The notes under the pieces: generated by a model
Database searches by the model: none
What the model was told of the DNA's origin: nothing
The model's input: only the letters and a program-made list of their open reading frames with translations
Shown: in pieces, positions 13,840-27,636 of the stretch
Layout: each line of letters opens with the position of its first letter
Numbering within the stretch: the first letter of the stretch is position 1
Translations under genes and position numbers: made by a program
Source: the human T2T-CHM13v2.0 reference genome, Homo sapiens
Length of the DNA stretch: 64,000 bases
Direction: 5' to 3' (one strand)
Assembly (NCBI RefSeq): GCF_009914755.1
Contig: NC_060925.1

Positions 13840-14030
13840 AAGATCGGGACTTAAATTCCAGGTCTCATATACACTTGCTTTGGGTAAGTCACTTAAATGC
13901 CTGAGGCTCAGTTTAATCCTCTGTAAATTAGGAATAATTACTATTATTTTTCAGCAGCTGGTAAAGACAAGATATGGAATGCGCTTAAACGTAGACCCAG
14001 CAGCTTGTAGGCACTTAATAAATGTAAAGG
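13840..14030 (+). mobile_element. MIR SINE
   Basis: tttgggtaagtcacttaa...ctcagtttaatcctctgtaaa. Confidence 0.75.
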
Positions 14031-14599
14031 ATTGCTGTTTATGTGGTGGTGGTTTTTGTGGTCATGGCCATTCTCTTGCATCCTGGAACATTTGTTCTTG
14101 ATTTACCTTTTCTGACTAAAGAGCAGGGGAAAAAGAAACGAACGATGAAATGAAGTTAGAAGTGGCTGCTGGTAGATCTTGGTGATGGATGTTTTTTGTT
14201 GAAAGCCTGTACTTGCTTTAGATAAAGTGCCAAGAAGTCGAAGTAGAGTGCCACACTCCTACACATGATTCAGACACCAGAGTTCCATGAAGTTTTCTTT
14301 CTTGGGCTGTGACTTTTTTTTCTCTAATAGGTGTTTCTATTATGAAAATTATTTTATTAAAGCAATGTAAGCAGAAGTCTGAGAGCACTCTTCCTGGTTT
14401 AATTTGTGCTTTTTCTTTGGAGGTATAAGCAATTGCTCCAGGGATATTAAAGACCTAGATATTTTGTTTAGCAGACTAGTTAACAACCCTTTGGATTTCA
14501 AAGCTAAAGATCAACTAATATCTAGTCTGGACAAAAATGGCTTCAAGAAAAAAATAATCCTAATGATTATTTTACAGAAGCAACAGAATTTCAATCATG

Positions 14600-14790
14600 C
14601 AATAAACCATGAGTTGAGCACCCACCATAAGAATTCAAAAGTATTATCTTTATTTTTCAAGAAGCCCTAAGTGACAGGTATTATTAGTCCCATTATACAG
14701 ATGAGAAAATAGAGGCTTGGCAAGGTTTAATGGCTTGTCCAAGTCCACAAAGCTAGTATGAAGAACATAAATTCTGCCCTCAGAAGCCAC
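14600..14790 (-). mobile_element. MIR SINE
   Basis: cccattatacagatgagaaaatagaggct. Confidence 0.75.
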
Positions 14791-15359
14791 ACTTGTAGAC
14801 CTAATGAATTAACATCATCTTTTCAAATAAAAAAAGAAGAAAGAAAGAAAAGAAGAGAAACTCACGGAGACACTTTGCCACAATCTCTGCTCTGTTCCAA
14901 AGCAGCAAATGTTCATTACATCTCAGGTTAAGAATGCAATTAGAATACTCACAGTCATTCTATTTTATGAATTACACCCTGGTCTTTAAAAATCTACCAA
15001 TTTAGCTGGACTTTGCCAAATAAAGGCCCTAATTGTCCACATGATAGTGGAGGCATAATCTTTAACATCAACGTTTAAAACAAGACTCTTCCATTGAGGT
15101 TAAATTGCATCTGACCATTATCTGGTAGCTTACGAATGAAGCTGGCAGGAATGATTAGGTCAATGCAAGCTGGCTGACAATGTGGAAAAGGCCACTCATT
15201 CTTTGAGGTAGCAGGAAAGACACTATGCACGGCACAGGGTTTTTAACCTTTGTTCTTTAGGTCTTTACGGGATGACTTTGACCTGGGGAGACTGCAATAA
15301 AACAGACACTCTTGTGACAATGGAAGTGTAAACTTAAACAACCATTTAGAAAATAATTG

Positions 15360-15678
15360 TTAGCAATAGGCTGCAAAAGCCTGAAAAAAGTGTTTTTGCC
15401 CTTGGACTCTAATTCTTCTTTTTGAAACTTTGACAAAGACATTTTCAGCATTATGGGAAAACCTTATGTCCAAATATGTTCATCACAATGACATGTATTT
15501 ATAATAGAAAAAAATCCAAAACAATTCAAGTGTCAAGTGATAAACCAAGAGCTAAGTAAATTAAGGAATAAGTAGACAATGAAATAATATGTAGCCATTA
15601 AAATATATGTTTACAAAGCCATTACAAATTATGTCAACATGAAAAATGCTTGTGCTATAGTGTCAAATTGAAAAAAAA
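15360..15678 (+). mobile_element. old L1M(E) fragment
   Basis: atgttcatcacaa...tttataatag...caatgaaataatatgtagccattaaaa. Confidence 0.65.
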
Positions 15679-16050
15679 CCTCTCTGTGCCTTATCTCTGC
15701 ATCTGTAAAATGTAACTAATAATAATACCTTCTTTATTGAATTGTCATAAAGATTGAATGTTAGCAGAGAAGTACTTAGAGCAAGTAAGTACTAAAATTT
15801 AGCAATATAATACAAATATTATCATCTTTATTTTTGTAGGTGACCTCATTTTATAGATGACCTCATCTATAAAAATAAAGATGACCTCATCTATAAAAAT
15901 AAAGATGATAATATTTGTATCATATGGCTATAATTGAGGCATGAGAGGGTAACACAAGTAGAAAGATGGCCCAGGAGCAAGTAGGAGACTGGATTTGAAC
16001 CCAGATCTTCTGATACCAAGCCCCATGCCCTTAACCGCTGTAGAATACCA
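15678..16050. mobile_element. MIR (+) fragment followed by MIR (-) containing a foldback rearrangement
   Basis: cctctctgtgcct...catctgtaaaatg (+); ggatttgaacccagatcttctga (-). Confidence 0.75.
15810..15920. repeat. 30-bp inverted repeat enclosing a 24-bp tandem duplication
   Basis: Arms 15810-15839 and 15891-15920 match 29/30; agatgacctcatctataaaaataa occurs twice. Confidence 0.95.
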
Positions 16051-16944
16051 CCTTCCAGAAACGAGAAAGTCACAAAGGTAAGACAAATTGGAAAATAAGT
16101 TATCGCAGTTTTACGAAAAAAAATGAGTTTGAGATGACAAGTTGTTCAAAAACTTATATCGAAAAGTCAGATCATTATTTTGAACTTCATATTATTTTGT
16201 TTCTATTTAGTGTTTTCTAAAGAAAAAATAATCATATTGCAACATTGTTCTGCAGAATTAAATGACAAGTATTTTCTTGAATGGAAGAGGGACAAGGAAT
16301 CCCAGGAAAGGAATCAAACATTTGTGGAAATAAAACTCACATCTTGAGAAGAAGGATGAAAAGGACAAGAGAAGAGAGGAATTGGAAAATTATTACCTAA
16401 AAAAATAAGAGAGAAAAATGAGTGCGGTCTTGCTCTATAAATTCCTAAGGGAGCCTTACACACAAAGAATAACATGGGGGAAGGAGGGAAGCGATCAGAA
16501 GCTGGGTGAGGGAATGAATGGAAGATAAACACCCTTAGGACAGGAAGATATCAGCAAAATAACTGAATTAGTAGAATCTTCATGGTTACAGTTGAGGTTT
16601 CAAGGGTAACTGTGGCTTTGAAAAGAATGAACCTCATCAATGAAAAATTGTCAACCATCTACCAGGCATGTGACTCAGTGTCTCAGAACTGCTGTGTATA
16701 TGTCTTTTATATTTCATGTGTATAAATATAAATATTATATATATAATAGAAATGGGCATAAAGTAAGTGGCCTGAGAAATAATTCCTCAGGGAATTTAGA
16801 AAGGAGATAGATCTCACTTCCCTTTATTATTTTTAAAATATTAATATCTAACTAGTTATTCATTTTAAGGATGACACTTTATCTAATTTCGCATAATGTG
16901 TAATAGGTCATCTCAGGGACTCTAAAGATTCAGGAGGTTTTTTA

Positions 16945-17175
16945 GTGCAGTGGTTTAGTTTAGAATATAGGCTGTAATCTGGGTTTGAATCTCAACTCCA
17001 ACACTTACTAGCTATGGAATTTTCAGCAAATTATTTAACTTCTTTAGGCTTCAATTTCCTCAGCTGCAAAATGAGAATAAAATAATACCCAACAAAAGAT
17101 AAAATATGCATAATAAAGTATGAAACAATGCCTGGCACAAAGAAAGCACCCAGTAAATGTTAGCTGGTATTATTT
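16945..17175 (+). mobile_element. MIR SINE
   Basis: gggtttgaatctcaactccaacacttactagct...tgcctggcaca. Confidence 0.85.
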
Positions 17176-18034
17176 ATAGTAACACATTAAAAGCCTCTAA
17201 GCTCTTTGAGGGCAGCGACTGTGTCTTTTTTCATCTTGCATACACACTGCCTCGCACAATTCCTGGGACAAAAGAATCAGGCCTGACTAGTGATAGTTGG
17301 GCAGCTGAGTTTAAAAAAAAATCAGACCTTAGCTAAATAGTTATGAAATTACAGAAAAGAAGGAAAGGAGGAAACAGAAAAGGGGAGTCAGGGAGAAGTT
17401 TACCATACAGGACAATGTAAAATGTCAGATGAACTGTAATCCCAACAAGAGATTTAAGTGGGAAGTCTTCATTCATTCTTCATTCACATCTTCAATTCAT
17501 TCATTTATTCTAAAAGTATGAAGTGAAGGCTTATTATACTGTGATGGTGCTGAAGAGACAGAAACAGATTAATGGGACAGAGTCTCTAGCCTCACATTAT
17601 TTACAATCCAGCAGGGGATACAGACCTTCAGATAATAATTATGGGAGGCAGTGGGGCAGAGGGGCTAAATGTAGATTGTTTTGTTTTGTTTCAATGTAGG
17701 TTCTGCAGAGTCTAGGAGCAGTGGGTAATAATTCAGATCTGAGTCTAGAAAGAAGAGATCACACAATTAGTTAATCTCAAAGCCAGTGAGAGGAAGAAAT
17801 AAAGACAACTTGTGTCTCTTGTCCTCCTGCCCCTTCAGAATAGTTTGGGCATGTAACAGACTGGACTTGCACTTTCCTTTGCCTGGCTTTTGCTTGTTGT
17901 TTACTTTTATTGTATTTGTTGTATTAACAATCACTTACATAAAGGTTGTTCTCCTTGTCAAAGTATAAACTACATGTGACTGAGGACTACATCTGCCATG
18001 CTCTTCATAGAATCCCCAGCAAAAGTTTCTGAAA

Positions 18035-18341
18035 AAGTGTTGTCTGATACGGTAGCCACAGCCACATATGGTTACCGAACCCTTGAAATGGGACTAGTCC
18101 AAATTGAGATTTGTGCTGTATGCATAAAATAAACACCAGATTTTGAAGACAGCTGGGAAAAAAATCTTATTAATAATTTTTATATTTATTATATATAATA
18201 TTTTTAATAATTTGGGTTAAATAAAATATATTATCAAAATCAATTTTACCTGCTTCTTTTTCCTTTTATAATGTGGCTACTAGGAGAATTTAAATTATAT
18301 ATGCAGGTTCCATTTGTGGCTAATTATGTTTTATTGGACAG
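18035..18341. mobile_element. MER33-type hAT-Charlie element inside an L2 3' end (~17900-18385)
   Basis: gtgttgtc..acggtagccacagccacatatgg...tattggacag; L2 tail gaatgaatgaatgaa resumes afterwards. Confidence 0.8.
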
Positions 18342-19270
18342 AGAAGATGCTCCAGAAATTTTTGCTGGATGAATGAATGAATGAACAATCAAGGAGGCAT
18401 ATAGGGTGAAACCAGCCTGTTCCTTATAGAAAAATGCCTGACATCATGATGACATACACAGTCTCCTTACTAATAAGAAAGTCAACAAGGGTAATCTGGG
18501 TATTATATCCCATGTTCCTTGGTAGCTAAACCAATAATAGGGTTTTATAAGGCATAAGGGCTCAAAATACCCTATATTTTTTCCTATCAAAAAAAAAAAA
18601 GGAAAGAAAAAAAGTGACAGTCAAGTGTGGAAAAGCAGAGAAGATTACAATCTTATTACAAGATTAAAACTTCATAACAGAGTACACCCAAGCAAGCCAA
18701 ACCAAAAAGGGTATGGAGAACATGCATTATATTAAACCATGAGTTATTTTATGCAGGCCTGAGACTGTGAGAAGGAAATGAGAAGGAAAATTACAGAGGC
18801 AGTAGAAGAAAACGGAATTTTATAGCATTTGGAGATAATCTTTGAAGAAAAATACTAAAAGTAATGCTTTTGATGAGAAGAAAAAATGCCCAAGGAGCCA
18901 ATAGTTTTCTAAACTGTCTGAAATCACCCAAAAATCTATGAGAAGAAGAAAAAAAGGAGGAAAACAAGGAAGAAAGGAAAGAAGGATGGAAGGAGGGAAG
19001 ATAGAAGAAAAAAACCCACAAACTGGAAACTTATTCCAAAATGGCAACAGTCATATTCTCTAGATGGTGGGATTGCAGTGGAAGATGTTTTGATTTTTCA
19101 ATGTGCTTATTCTTCCTTTTCTAAAATTTCTATAACGAAGCACTGCTTTGTAATTTAAAAATGTAATAAATTTTTTGTTTCTAATTAAAAGGATAAAAAA
19201 CAGAATGAAGTTTGGCGTAGTAATGGAATGACAAGCCAGAGAGAGAATGGGGAATCTGGAACCAAAAACC

Positions 19271-19420
19271 ATCAGGTGGCTGGGCACAGTCTGACATGTA
19301 GAAAACTGAGAAGATCAAATAGCTGCAAGAATGATGGAGTGGGTACCAGCAGGGAGTAGGCCAATGAAAGACCACATGCAAGAAATCAGGACCCAATCTT
19401 CGAAGCTTGAGGTGACAGAG
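19271..19420 (+). mobile_element. probable RTE-clade (L4-like) LINE ORF2 fossil
   Basis: Translation 19271-19363 IRWLGTV*HVEN*EDQIAARMMEWVPAGSRP resembles the RTE C-terminal motif LRWxGHV.R...R....W.P.G.RPRGRP. Confidence 0.5.
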
Positions 19421-20421
19421 CTAAGGGAACAAGACAAATGAACCAACTTTCAAAGATAAAATGATGATGGATAGACCTGGGATCAGCCGAAGCCTAAAAA
19501 GGAAAGAAATGTCCTGAAAAAAGTCCTGAGCTTTATCAGGTTCTTTTCCTGAGGTTGCCAGAGAAAGCTGGGTGTGATCTCATTAATTGGATAGTACCTG
19601 TAAAATGTTAAGCCTTTCAAACACCACAACCTGCTGAAATGCAAGGAGAGGTATGGAGACTTTGGTCTCTTTCTGGTAAGACTGCCTGTACATGAGCTCA
19701 GAGAATTATTCATTCCACACATGCTTATTGAGAACTTACTCTGTTCTAGGGGCTAGGAGGGAAAGGACTAAAAGAGGAACCCAAAAGTTCGGAAAGGATC
19801 TCTGGCTGCTCTGGTTTCCTGTACTTTTGAGCTAAACAAATGGAATGGACATTATACGACAGGATCCAAATTATCAAAGCATACAGTACTGTCTTGGTAT
19901 GAATGTCTGAAGACATTTTTAAAGTTCCTGGTGCCTAGAATATATTAGATATTCAATAAAAGTCTAATCCAAAAGAGTTTGGGACCACTGAGGAAGCTGT
20001 AAATGATAGTATGGTCCCTACAGAATACGCATTTTTATCAGATTCTCTTTTTTTTTCAACTGCAAAGAAACATCAGAGCTTAAGAAGACCAGTAGAGTAT
20101 GCAGTTTTCAGTCATGCTCATGTAAACTCATATAAGTCAGAAAAAAGGGGAAAAGTACACTCAAGCAGGTAAATATGGACCTAAATACCATACATTTTCT
20201 AAATAGTACTGTCAAATTTAATTGTGTTCATCGACATACATGTCTTTAATCCATATTTAAATAATGTAGCTTTTTAATAAGCATCCTTCAAATATCTAAA
20301 TCCCTAAATCTCCTTCCTGTAAATTGTTCATGTGACTTCCTTGGCAAACCTTCATTTTGTTTATATGATATAAGCTGTATTAGATAAAAGTTCAACAGTA
20401 GTGTAGAGATCATCATCTTAC

Positions 20422-20570
20422 AATCATTCACAGACTTAGTAACAAAGCACCATAAGGATGAAAATTCAGGAAAACCCAAGACACTGAGTGGATACATCTC
20501 GAGAAAGAATGAGCATCCGCTCCTGGAGAGCATGACTATCAAATCTCTTGAGGATGACCCCAAGACACAC
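20422..20570 (-). other. candidate spliced exon (149 nt) of a minus-strand transcript
   Basis: Acceptor ctattctgttatttaaag|G, donor att|gtaaga; unique, higher-GC island in AT-rich flanks. Confidence 0.35.
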
Positions 20571-21559
20571 CTTTAAATAACAGAATAGCCACATCCTCCT
20601 TTTTCTATTAATTTTAAATTATTATTTATTTATTTTTGCTTAAAGAAGAGTTTTGTCCATTAAGTGGTTAAAACTTAAGGTTATCCATCCAAGGAGTAGG
20701 AAATGAAGGTTCTTAGTTTGATGGACAACAGCTCAGAGATCCCTGATGTCCCAAAATATTAGGTTTCTCTTCTAATAATGTTGGAAATATTGCCTACTGT
20801 CATGATTAATCTGAGCCACAGCACAAGCTGATTGTAGGTGACACAGTCACAGAGCAGTGCCCATGTTGGTTTCCACACACCGTCAAATCTGCTACAAATG
20901 CAGGGGTGAATGGGAGAGAACTGTGATACCAGGTTTCCTGGTGGCTAATAGATTGTGACATGAAAGAAGGAAACCTTTATTTTAATTCAAAAAACAAAAG
21001 CCAAATAGCAAAACTTATGTACGTGCTGAACTTTTTTTTTCTTCCTCAAGTGGAAAACATTGACTTGCTAACAACTCTTGGCTGGCATCAAGGGAAAGTG
21101 GAGGTATTTGCAGATGTGGAGGAAGACATACAAAACATTTTTCAAATAAAAGGCTTGAATTATTGCACTGGGTTCATGAAGTTTCACAGGCATCTAGACA
21201 CACCATTGTTTTCACCCTGGAACAAGCTGCCCTTTCTTTCAAGAAAGAAAACAACCCAATGTTTCTTACAATCAGATCTGTATGTATCAGGGAGCTATCT
21301 ATATTTTGAAATTCTTTGCATTGTCTGTGGAAGGGTGTGCTGTTTGGACCTGACAATGGTAACATTGATTTTAAGATTTTTGGATTTTGGTTGTACAGAG
21401 CAAACAGTGAAAGAAAACTGCCGGCTTTCAGAACTACAACAGTGTTCTTACACAAACTTGCTTCTCTCCTGGCTGTTTTACATAGCCAAAGATCAATACT
21501 GCTCATTCAGCCAATGTTATTAACCCCATTTATCAGCTTCTCTTTAAAAAAAAAAAAAT

Positions 21560-22200
21560 TTGAAAGGATCTTGCCGCCAAAGTTATGTCATCTTCCGCTC
21601 GTTCAGTTGCAGAGTGGATAATTCACTTTGTTGTGCACCCCCAACAATCGAGCCTTGTTTATGAACCTACATTTATTAAGTGAAAGTATTTGGAAACTGA
21701 TGGTACATTCAAGCTTGGTTGCCATGGGCAGTAATCATGGCAGAAAGTCATGACCTCCCTGTTATGCAGCGAGTAACTAATTGAAATGATACAAATTACT
21801 CCGATTCTCTGTCTGCCAATTTAGAGCCTGGTTCTGGTCAAGGGTCAAATGAGCTCCTATTCATGAAACTATGTTTGAAGTAGCTGCTACCATAGCAAGG
21901 GGGTTTGGTGTGGCCATTGCTGCTCCTTTAGACTTTGCCACATACTGTGGGGAGGCAGTAAAGCAGTAAGTTCCAAAGCCTACCTTAGCCAACACATCAA
22001 AAGCTTGCTGTTGTCACTCGGTTTGTGCTACTTGTCAACAGCACTGGACATGGTTTGCTAAACTTTACTGGCCAGAAATAAATGTTGTATTCAGAAGCCA
22101 TTTAGGGAATTCAGCCTCTTTAGCCCGCACATTTCATCAGCTCTCTGATATGCCCTCGGCAGAGAAAACCAAATGCCATAAACTCAATATTGAATGATTT
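21560..22200. promoter_or_regulatory. candidate enhancer / conserved non-coding block
   Basis: Repeat-free with retained CpGs; SOX (ctttgtt, aacaat), forkhead (tgtttat), RFX (gttgccatgggcag) and homeobox (taattg) motifs. Confidence 0.5.
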
Positions 22201-23024
22201 TCAACTTATCAATTCCCATCAAGTGTCATCCTTTCCAGCTTCTCTCAGCCCCAGCACACATACACATACCTGCCAAATAAATAAGATAAATTAAAAGCCT
22301 GAAAGGTACATAACATGCAAGCTCTTTCTTCAAAGCATAATTAGGATGATTATTTCTGTTTGAGAAATGACACTAAATGTTAATCTAATTGAATCTGGGA
22401 AATGTGGCAATAAAAAGTTAATAATTTACAGAGAAATTGTTCTTCAGAAAATTCTAAGTGAATGCCCACTAACTGAATTTCAGGAATTTTGCTCAAAGGC
22501 TTATAGGGTATGTGGCAAATCCAATGGCTTACTTCAAATATGGTTTTTACACTACCAAAACTATTTGCTTTAAAGAAGCATGCCAGCACATGTGTGCGCA
22601 TGGAAGCACACAGACTTTGTCTGCAAAATACCTAGAAAAAACATGGAAAAATATCTCCTTAAGCCAGCTAAAAATATGGAAAGGAAGTTACCTGAGTGTT
22701 TAAACTTTAGCCTAAAGATTGCCTTCAGGGGATATACCCAACACAATTTCTAAAATCACATGTCCCTATAATATAATTAATGCATAGAGAAAATGTCTCA
22801 TTAATTCCCCTTGAATTCTGTCTTCTTTTTTTTTAATAGCAGATATTTCACATATAATTTTTAAGGTGTACAAAATTTATAAAGCAAGAAGGTACAAATT
22901 TAGGCTGGACATCCACTGTAACCAATCCGTGCTAGCACCCCAGCTGATCCCACCTAACTTAAAATATCTCCCATCTCCAATCTCAGCAATCTCAGAGAAA
23001 AGCAGAACTTTGCTGAATCCACAC

Positions 23025-23165
23025 CAACTCTGCCACTTACTATGAACTACGGGCAAATAATTCAGTCTCTCTTGACATCAGTTTTCTCATCTTGTATAGA
23101 AAACATCTTAACACAATGTTTGGCACAGAGTGACTGGACTTATCAATGATAGCTCTATTATTACA
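23025..23165 (+). mobile_element. MIR fragment
   Basis: ctctgccacttacta...gggcaaataatt...cagttttctcatc. Confidence 0.7.
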
Positions 23166-23329
23166 GAATGAAAAGATTCTTGCTAAAAAATACAAACTGG
23201 AATAAAATCCAGAACTTAAAAAAAATCAGTTAAACATTCCCATCAATTGGCTAGCTTACTATTATAACAGCTATAGAAATTCACAAATATTTTATTGCAA
23301 ACATTCTAAATCTCAGAAACAAATTTCAT

Positions 23330-24400
23330 TATTTATTTACTTGTTCATTAGACAAACATAGGCCCTGGAAGTACAACAATGAGCAAAACCAACATTTCCT
23401 GCCCTCATCTAGCTTATAACCTAGCAGGTGCAAAAGCCTCAAACCATGTAAATCACAAACACAGTGAATGTTGAAATAGAGAATGTTGAAATACAAGGTG
23501 TTATGGGAGTTCAGAGCACGGGAGCTAATCTGTTTAATTATGTTCTGAATAGAGTTTTTGCCACTTACTATTAACTAGAAAAAAAAAAGAAAGAATTTGC
23601 GTTTTGAGTTTTCCTCCAAAAAGCCTTTTTCAATTCTAGAGTAAATTTCCCCAGGAACTAAGCAAGGCAGGTACATTGAAGGTTCTTTCCACAGTGCCCA
23701 ACCAACTCTCCAGTCTTATTTCAAGTTGGGCTATAGGCCATTCTCTGACGTTTTCTACCTCTGCTTTTCCTCAAGCCATCTCATTTCCTCTTCCAGCCTG
23801 TGGTGCTCTTCACTATTCTTCTATCCTAAAACATCCCAGTCCTCCAGACTAATTTTCTATGCCACCTCCTCCTTTCCCAATTCCCCAAGCAAGAAGTTGT
23901 CTTCCATTCCTCTGGAGTTCCCAGACTCATGAGTTGGGAACCACTGCCTATATCACTCCCTCATTATCTGACTTCTGAGTATGGTCCTTGTATAGATAGA
24001 TCCCTGTGTCTAATATCTCCAGATAGATTCATAAGCTGCCTGTGGACAACAATCAGGTCTCATGCCCAAACACCTAGGATAGTGCCTTGAACATGGGGGG
24101 AATTTAATAAATGTTTGATAATTATGATGATACTCTTTCTTGTTTCAAACTTGGAGTTTTCAGATGACCACCTCAAGGAACTCAGTACTAAATCACCAGG
24201 AAGAGTTAACAGTTTTCGGTGATTCTCCTGATTCCGAAAGAAATAAACAGAAGACTAGCATTAACAGAGCTACTTCACTCCTTCTAATAAAACCATACAT
24301 CAACCAAGTCAGTCATTCAGCAAATACATATTGAATCTCTATTATTTACCAGAAATTGTGGCAGAGCCTAGGGATGCAATAACTCATAAAGTCTATAGTC
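23330..24400. mobile_element. cluster of L2 fragments in both orientations
   Basis: L2 3' motifs: cataagctgcctgtggac, aataaatgtttga, cattcagcaaatacatattga. Confidence 0.6.
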
Positions 24401-24450
24401 TTGGATGTAAGACACACATTTAAAAATGATTAAAACTACCACACCCCCAA

Positions 24451-24771
24451 TTTTTTCTTTTTTCTTGTTTCTTTTTCTTTTCTTTTTTTTTTTTTTTTTT
24501 GACAGAGTCTTACTCTGTCACCCAAGTTGAAGTGCAGCGAAGGCTCACTGCAATCTCCACCTCCTGGGATCAAGCCATTCTCCTGCCTAGACCACCCGAG
24601 TAGCTAGAATTACAGGCACCTGCCACCACAACAAGCTAATTTTTGTATTTTTAGTAGAGATGGGGTTTCACCATGTTGGCCAGGCTGGTCTCGAACTCCT
24701 GACCTCAAGTGATCCACCTGCTTCGGCCTTCCAAAATGCTGGAATTATAGGCATGAGCCACCATGCCCAGC
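24451..24771 (-). mobile_element. AluS SINE
   Basis: Dimer; TSD ccacacccc(c)aa..tttt on both sides. Confidence 0.95.
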
Positions 24772-24784
24772 CCACACCCCAAAT

Positions 24785-25894
<1,110 letters not shown>

Positions 25895-26104
25895 AAGACC
25901 TGATTTTTCAAAAACTGTCATGAACATTGTCAAGAAGAAATACAGGATGCACTGGGAGATGAACTAGATCTTCAAGTGAGTAAAAAAGTCTAACCCTATC
26001 AATTGCTTGGTTTTATCTGATATTATCTTTTAAAAAATAATTCCCAGTATGTGTTTCTTCCATAACTAAAATATCACCTCCGTGAGGGCATAAGAGGAAA
26101 GGAA

Positions 26105-26330
26105 ATTTGTGTTTATTAAATATTTTCTATAAGGCTGGCATTGCACTAAAAAATTTATGTAGGATATCTCGCTTAATACTAACATTAATCCTGAAAGGTA
26201 TTATTATCATCACTTTATAGTTAATGAAACTGGGTTTCAGAGATTAAATTACTTGCCCAGTTTGCAAATGGTGGAGCCAGAATTTGAACCCAAGTCTGTC
26301 TACCTCCCAAGGCCAAACTCTTCCCCATGA
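26105..26330 (-). mobile_element. MIR SINE
   Basis: gaaactgggtttcagagattaaattacttgccc...atttgaacccaagtctgtc. Confidence 0.8.
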
Positions 26331-26869
26331 AGCTCCCTGAGTGGCCATGGTTGACATTTTTCTGTGACTGTGCTTCTTCTACTTTTCCTTCCCAGAACAT
26401 TCCTCTATCTCTTCCTGTCTGATTGTTTTCTGTCTGATTTTTTTCCTCATCCTTCAAGATCCAGTGTAGGGACCCTGCCCTCTGAAAATAGAGACCTTAC
26501 CTTCTTCTGAAGTTCCAGACAAACAGCCACCATAGTATGACTCATTTTGACATTTAATCCTAACATGCCTTATTTCAACATCTAATTATTTTATGGTATT
26601 GTCTCCCCAGCCAGCCTGCATTTTTTTTTTTTTTTTTGCAGGTAGGAACTATACTAGCTGTAGTTACATATAGATGCTGAAGTCACAGTAGCTTAAATTA
26701 ATTTCCCACTCATGCGAAGTCCAACAAGACATGGTGGAAGGAGTTCTCTGAAATGTTGGCTTAACAGTCCCGTAGGTCTAGCTCTCTTCATTGCACATAT
26801 GCTATGTACTATCCCTGAGCTAGGTGTGTCACAGATATTAGTTCTTCTTTCAATTCTTTAAAAAAATAT

Positions 26870-27342
26870 TTTAAAACGGATTTACCAAGGTAAAATTTAT
26901 ATACCCAAAATTTGCCCATTTTAAGTGCATCATTCAGTAAGTTTTAGTAAGCATGCAGTTAGTTGTGCAACCATACTCCAGGATCCTGCTTTAAAACAAT
27001 TTCATTATTCCAAAAAGATCTTTCATATCTATTTGCAGTCAATCCCTCTTCTCATGCTCAGCTCCAGACAACCACTAATATACTTTCTCTATATATAGAT
27101 TTGTCTTTTCTGGACATTTCATATAAATGGAATAATATAATGTCTGGTCTTGTGTATCTCACTTCTTTCATTTAGCATAATGTTTTTGAGGTTCATCCAT
27201 GCTGTAGCATGTATCAGTAATTTATTTATTTTCATTCCTGAATAATGTTTCACTTATTGCATGGGTATACCACAGCCTGTTTATCCAGTTACCAGTTAAT
27301 GGACATGTAGACTGTTCCCAATTTTTGGCTTTTATGAATAAT
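26870..27342 (-). mobile_element. L1MB/MC 3' fragment
   Basis: ttctggacatttcatataaatggaat...gaggttcatccatgctgtagcatgtatcagta. Confidence 0.85.
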
Positions 27343-27636
27343 ATTAGTTCATAATATCTCTGAGATAGGTACTCTGATCTTCACTTTACAAATGAGAAAA
27401 ATCAAGGCTTGGAAAAAGTAATTATCTTGCCCATGGTCAAATAGCTGGTAAGTTATAGAAGCCAATCTTTCTAACCCCAAAGCCCTTGCTCTAAGTCAGG
27501 GTTTTCAGATTTGGGAATTTTGCTGACCTAAATATTAAAAAAAACAAAACAAAACTTTTTTTTAGAAATATGAGAATAAACCTAAATGTACCATCTTTTG
27601 TATTTGGTAAAGGGCATTTTTAAAAAACCAATTACC

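Noticed and set aside
18791-19047. Phe/Leu/Ser-rich hydrophobic ORFs
   Set aside because: Antisense of a GA-rich low-complexity tract
19880-19901. tacagtactgt, resembling the start of miR-101
   Set aside because: Only 11 nt match and no pre-miRNA hairpin with the remaining mature sequence
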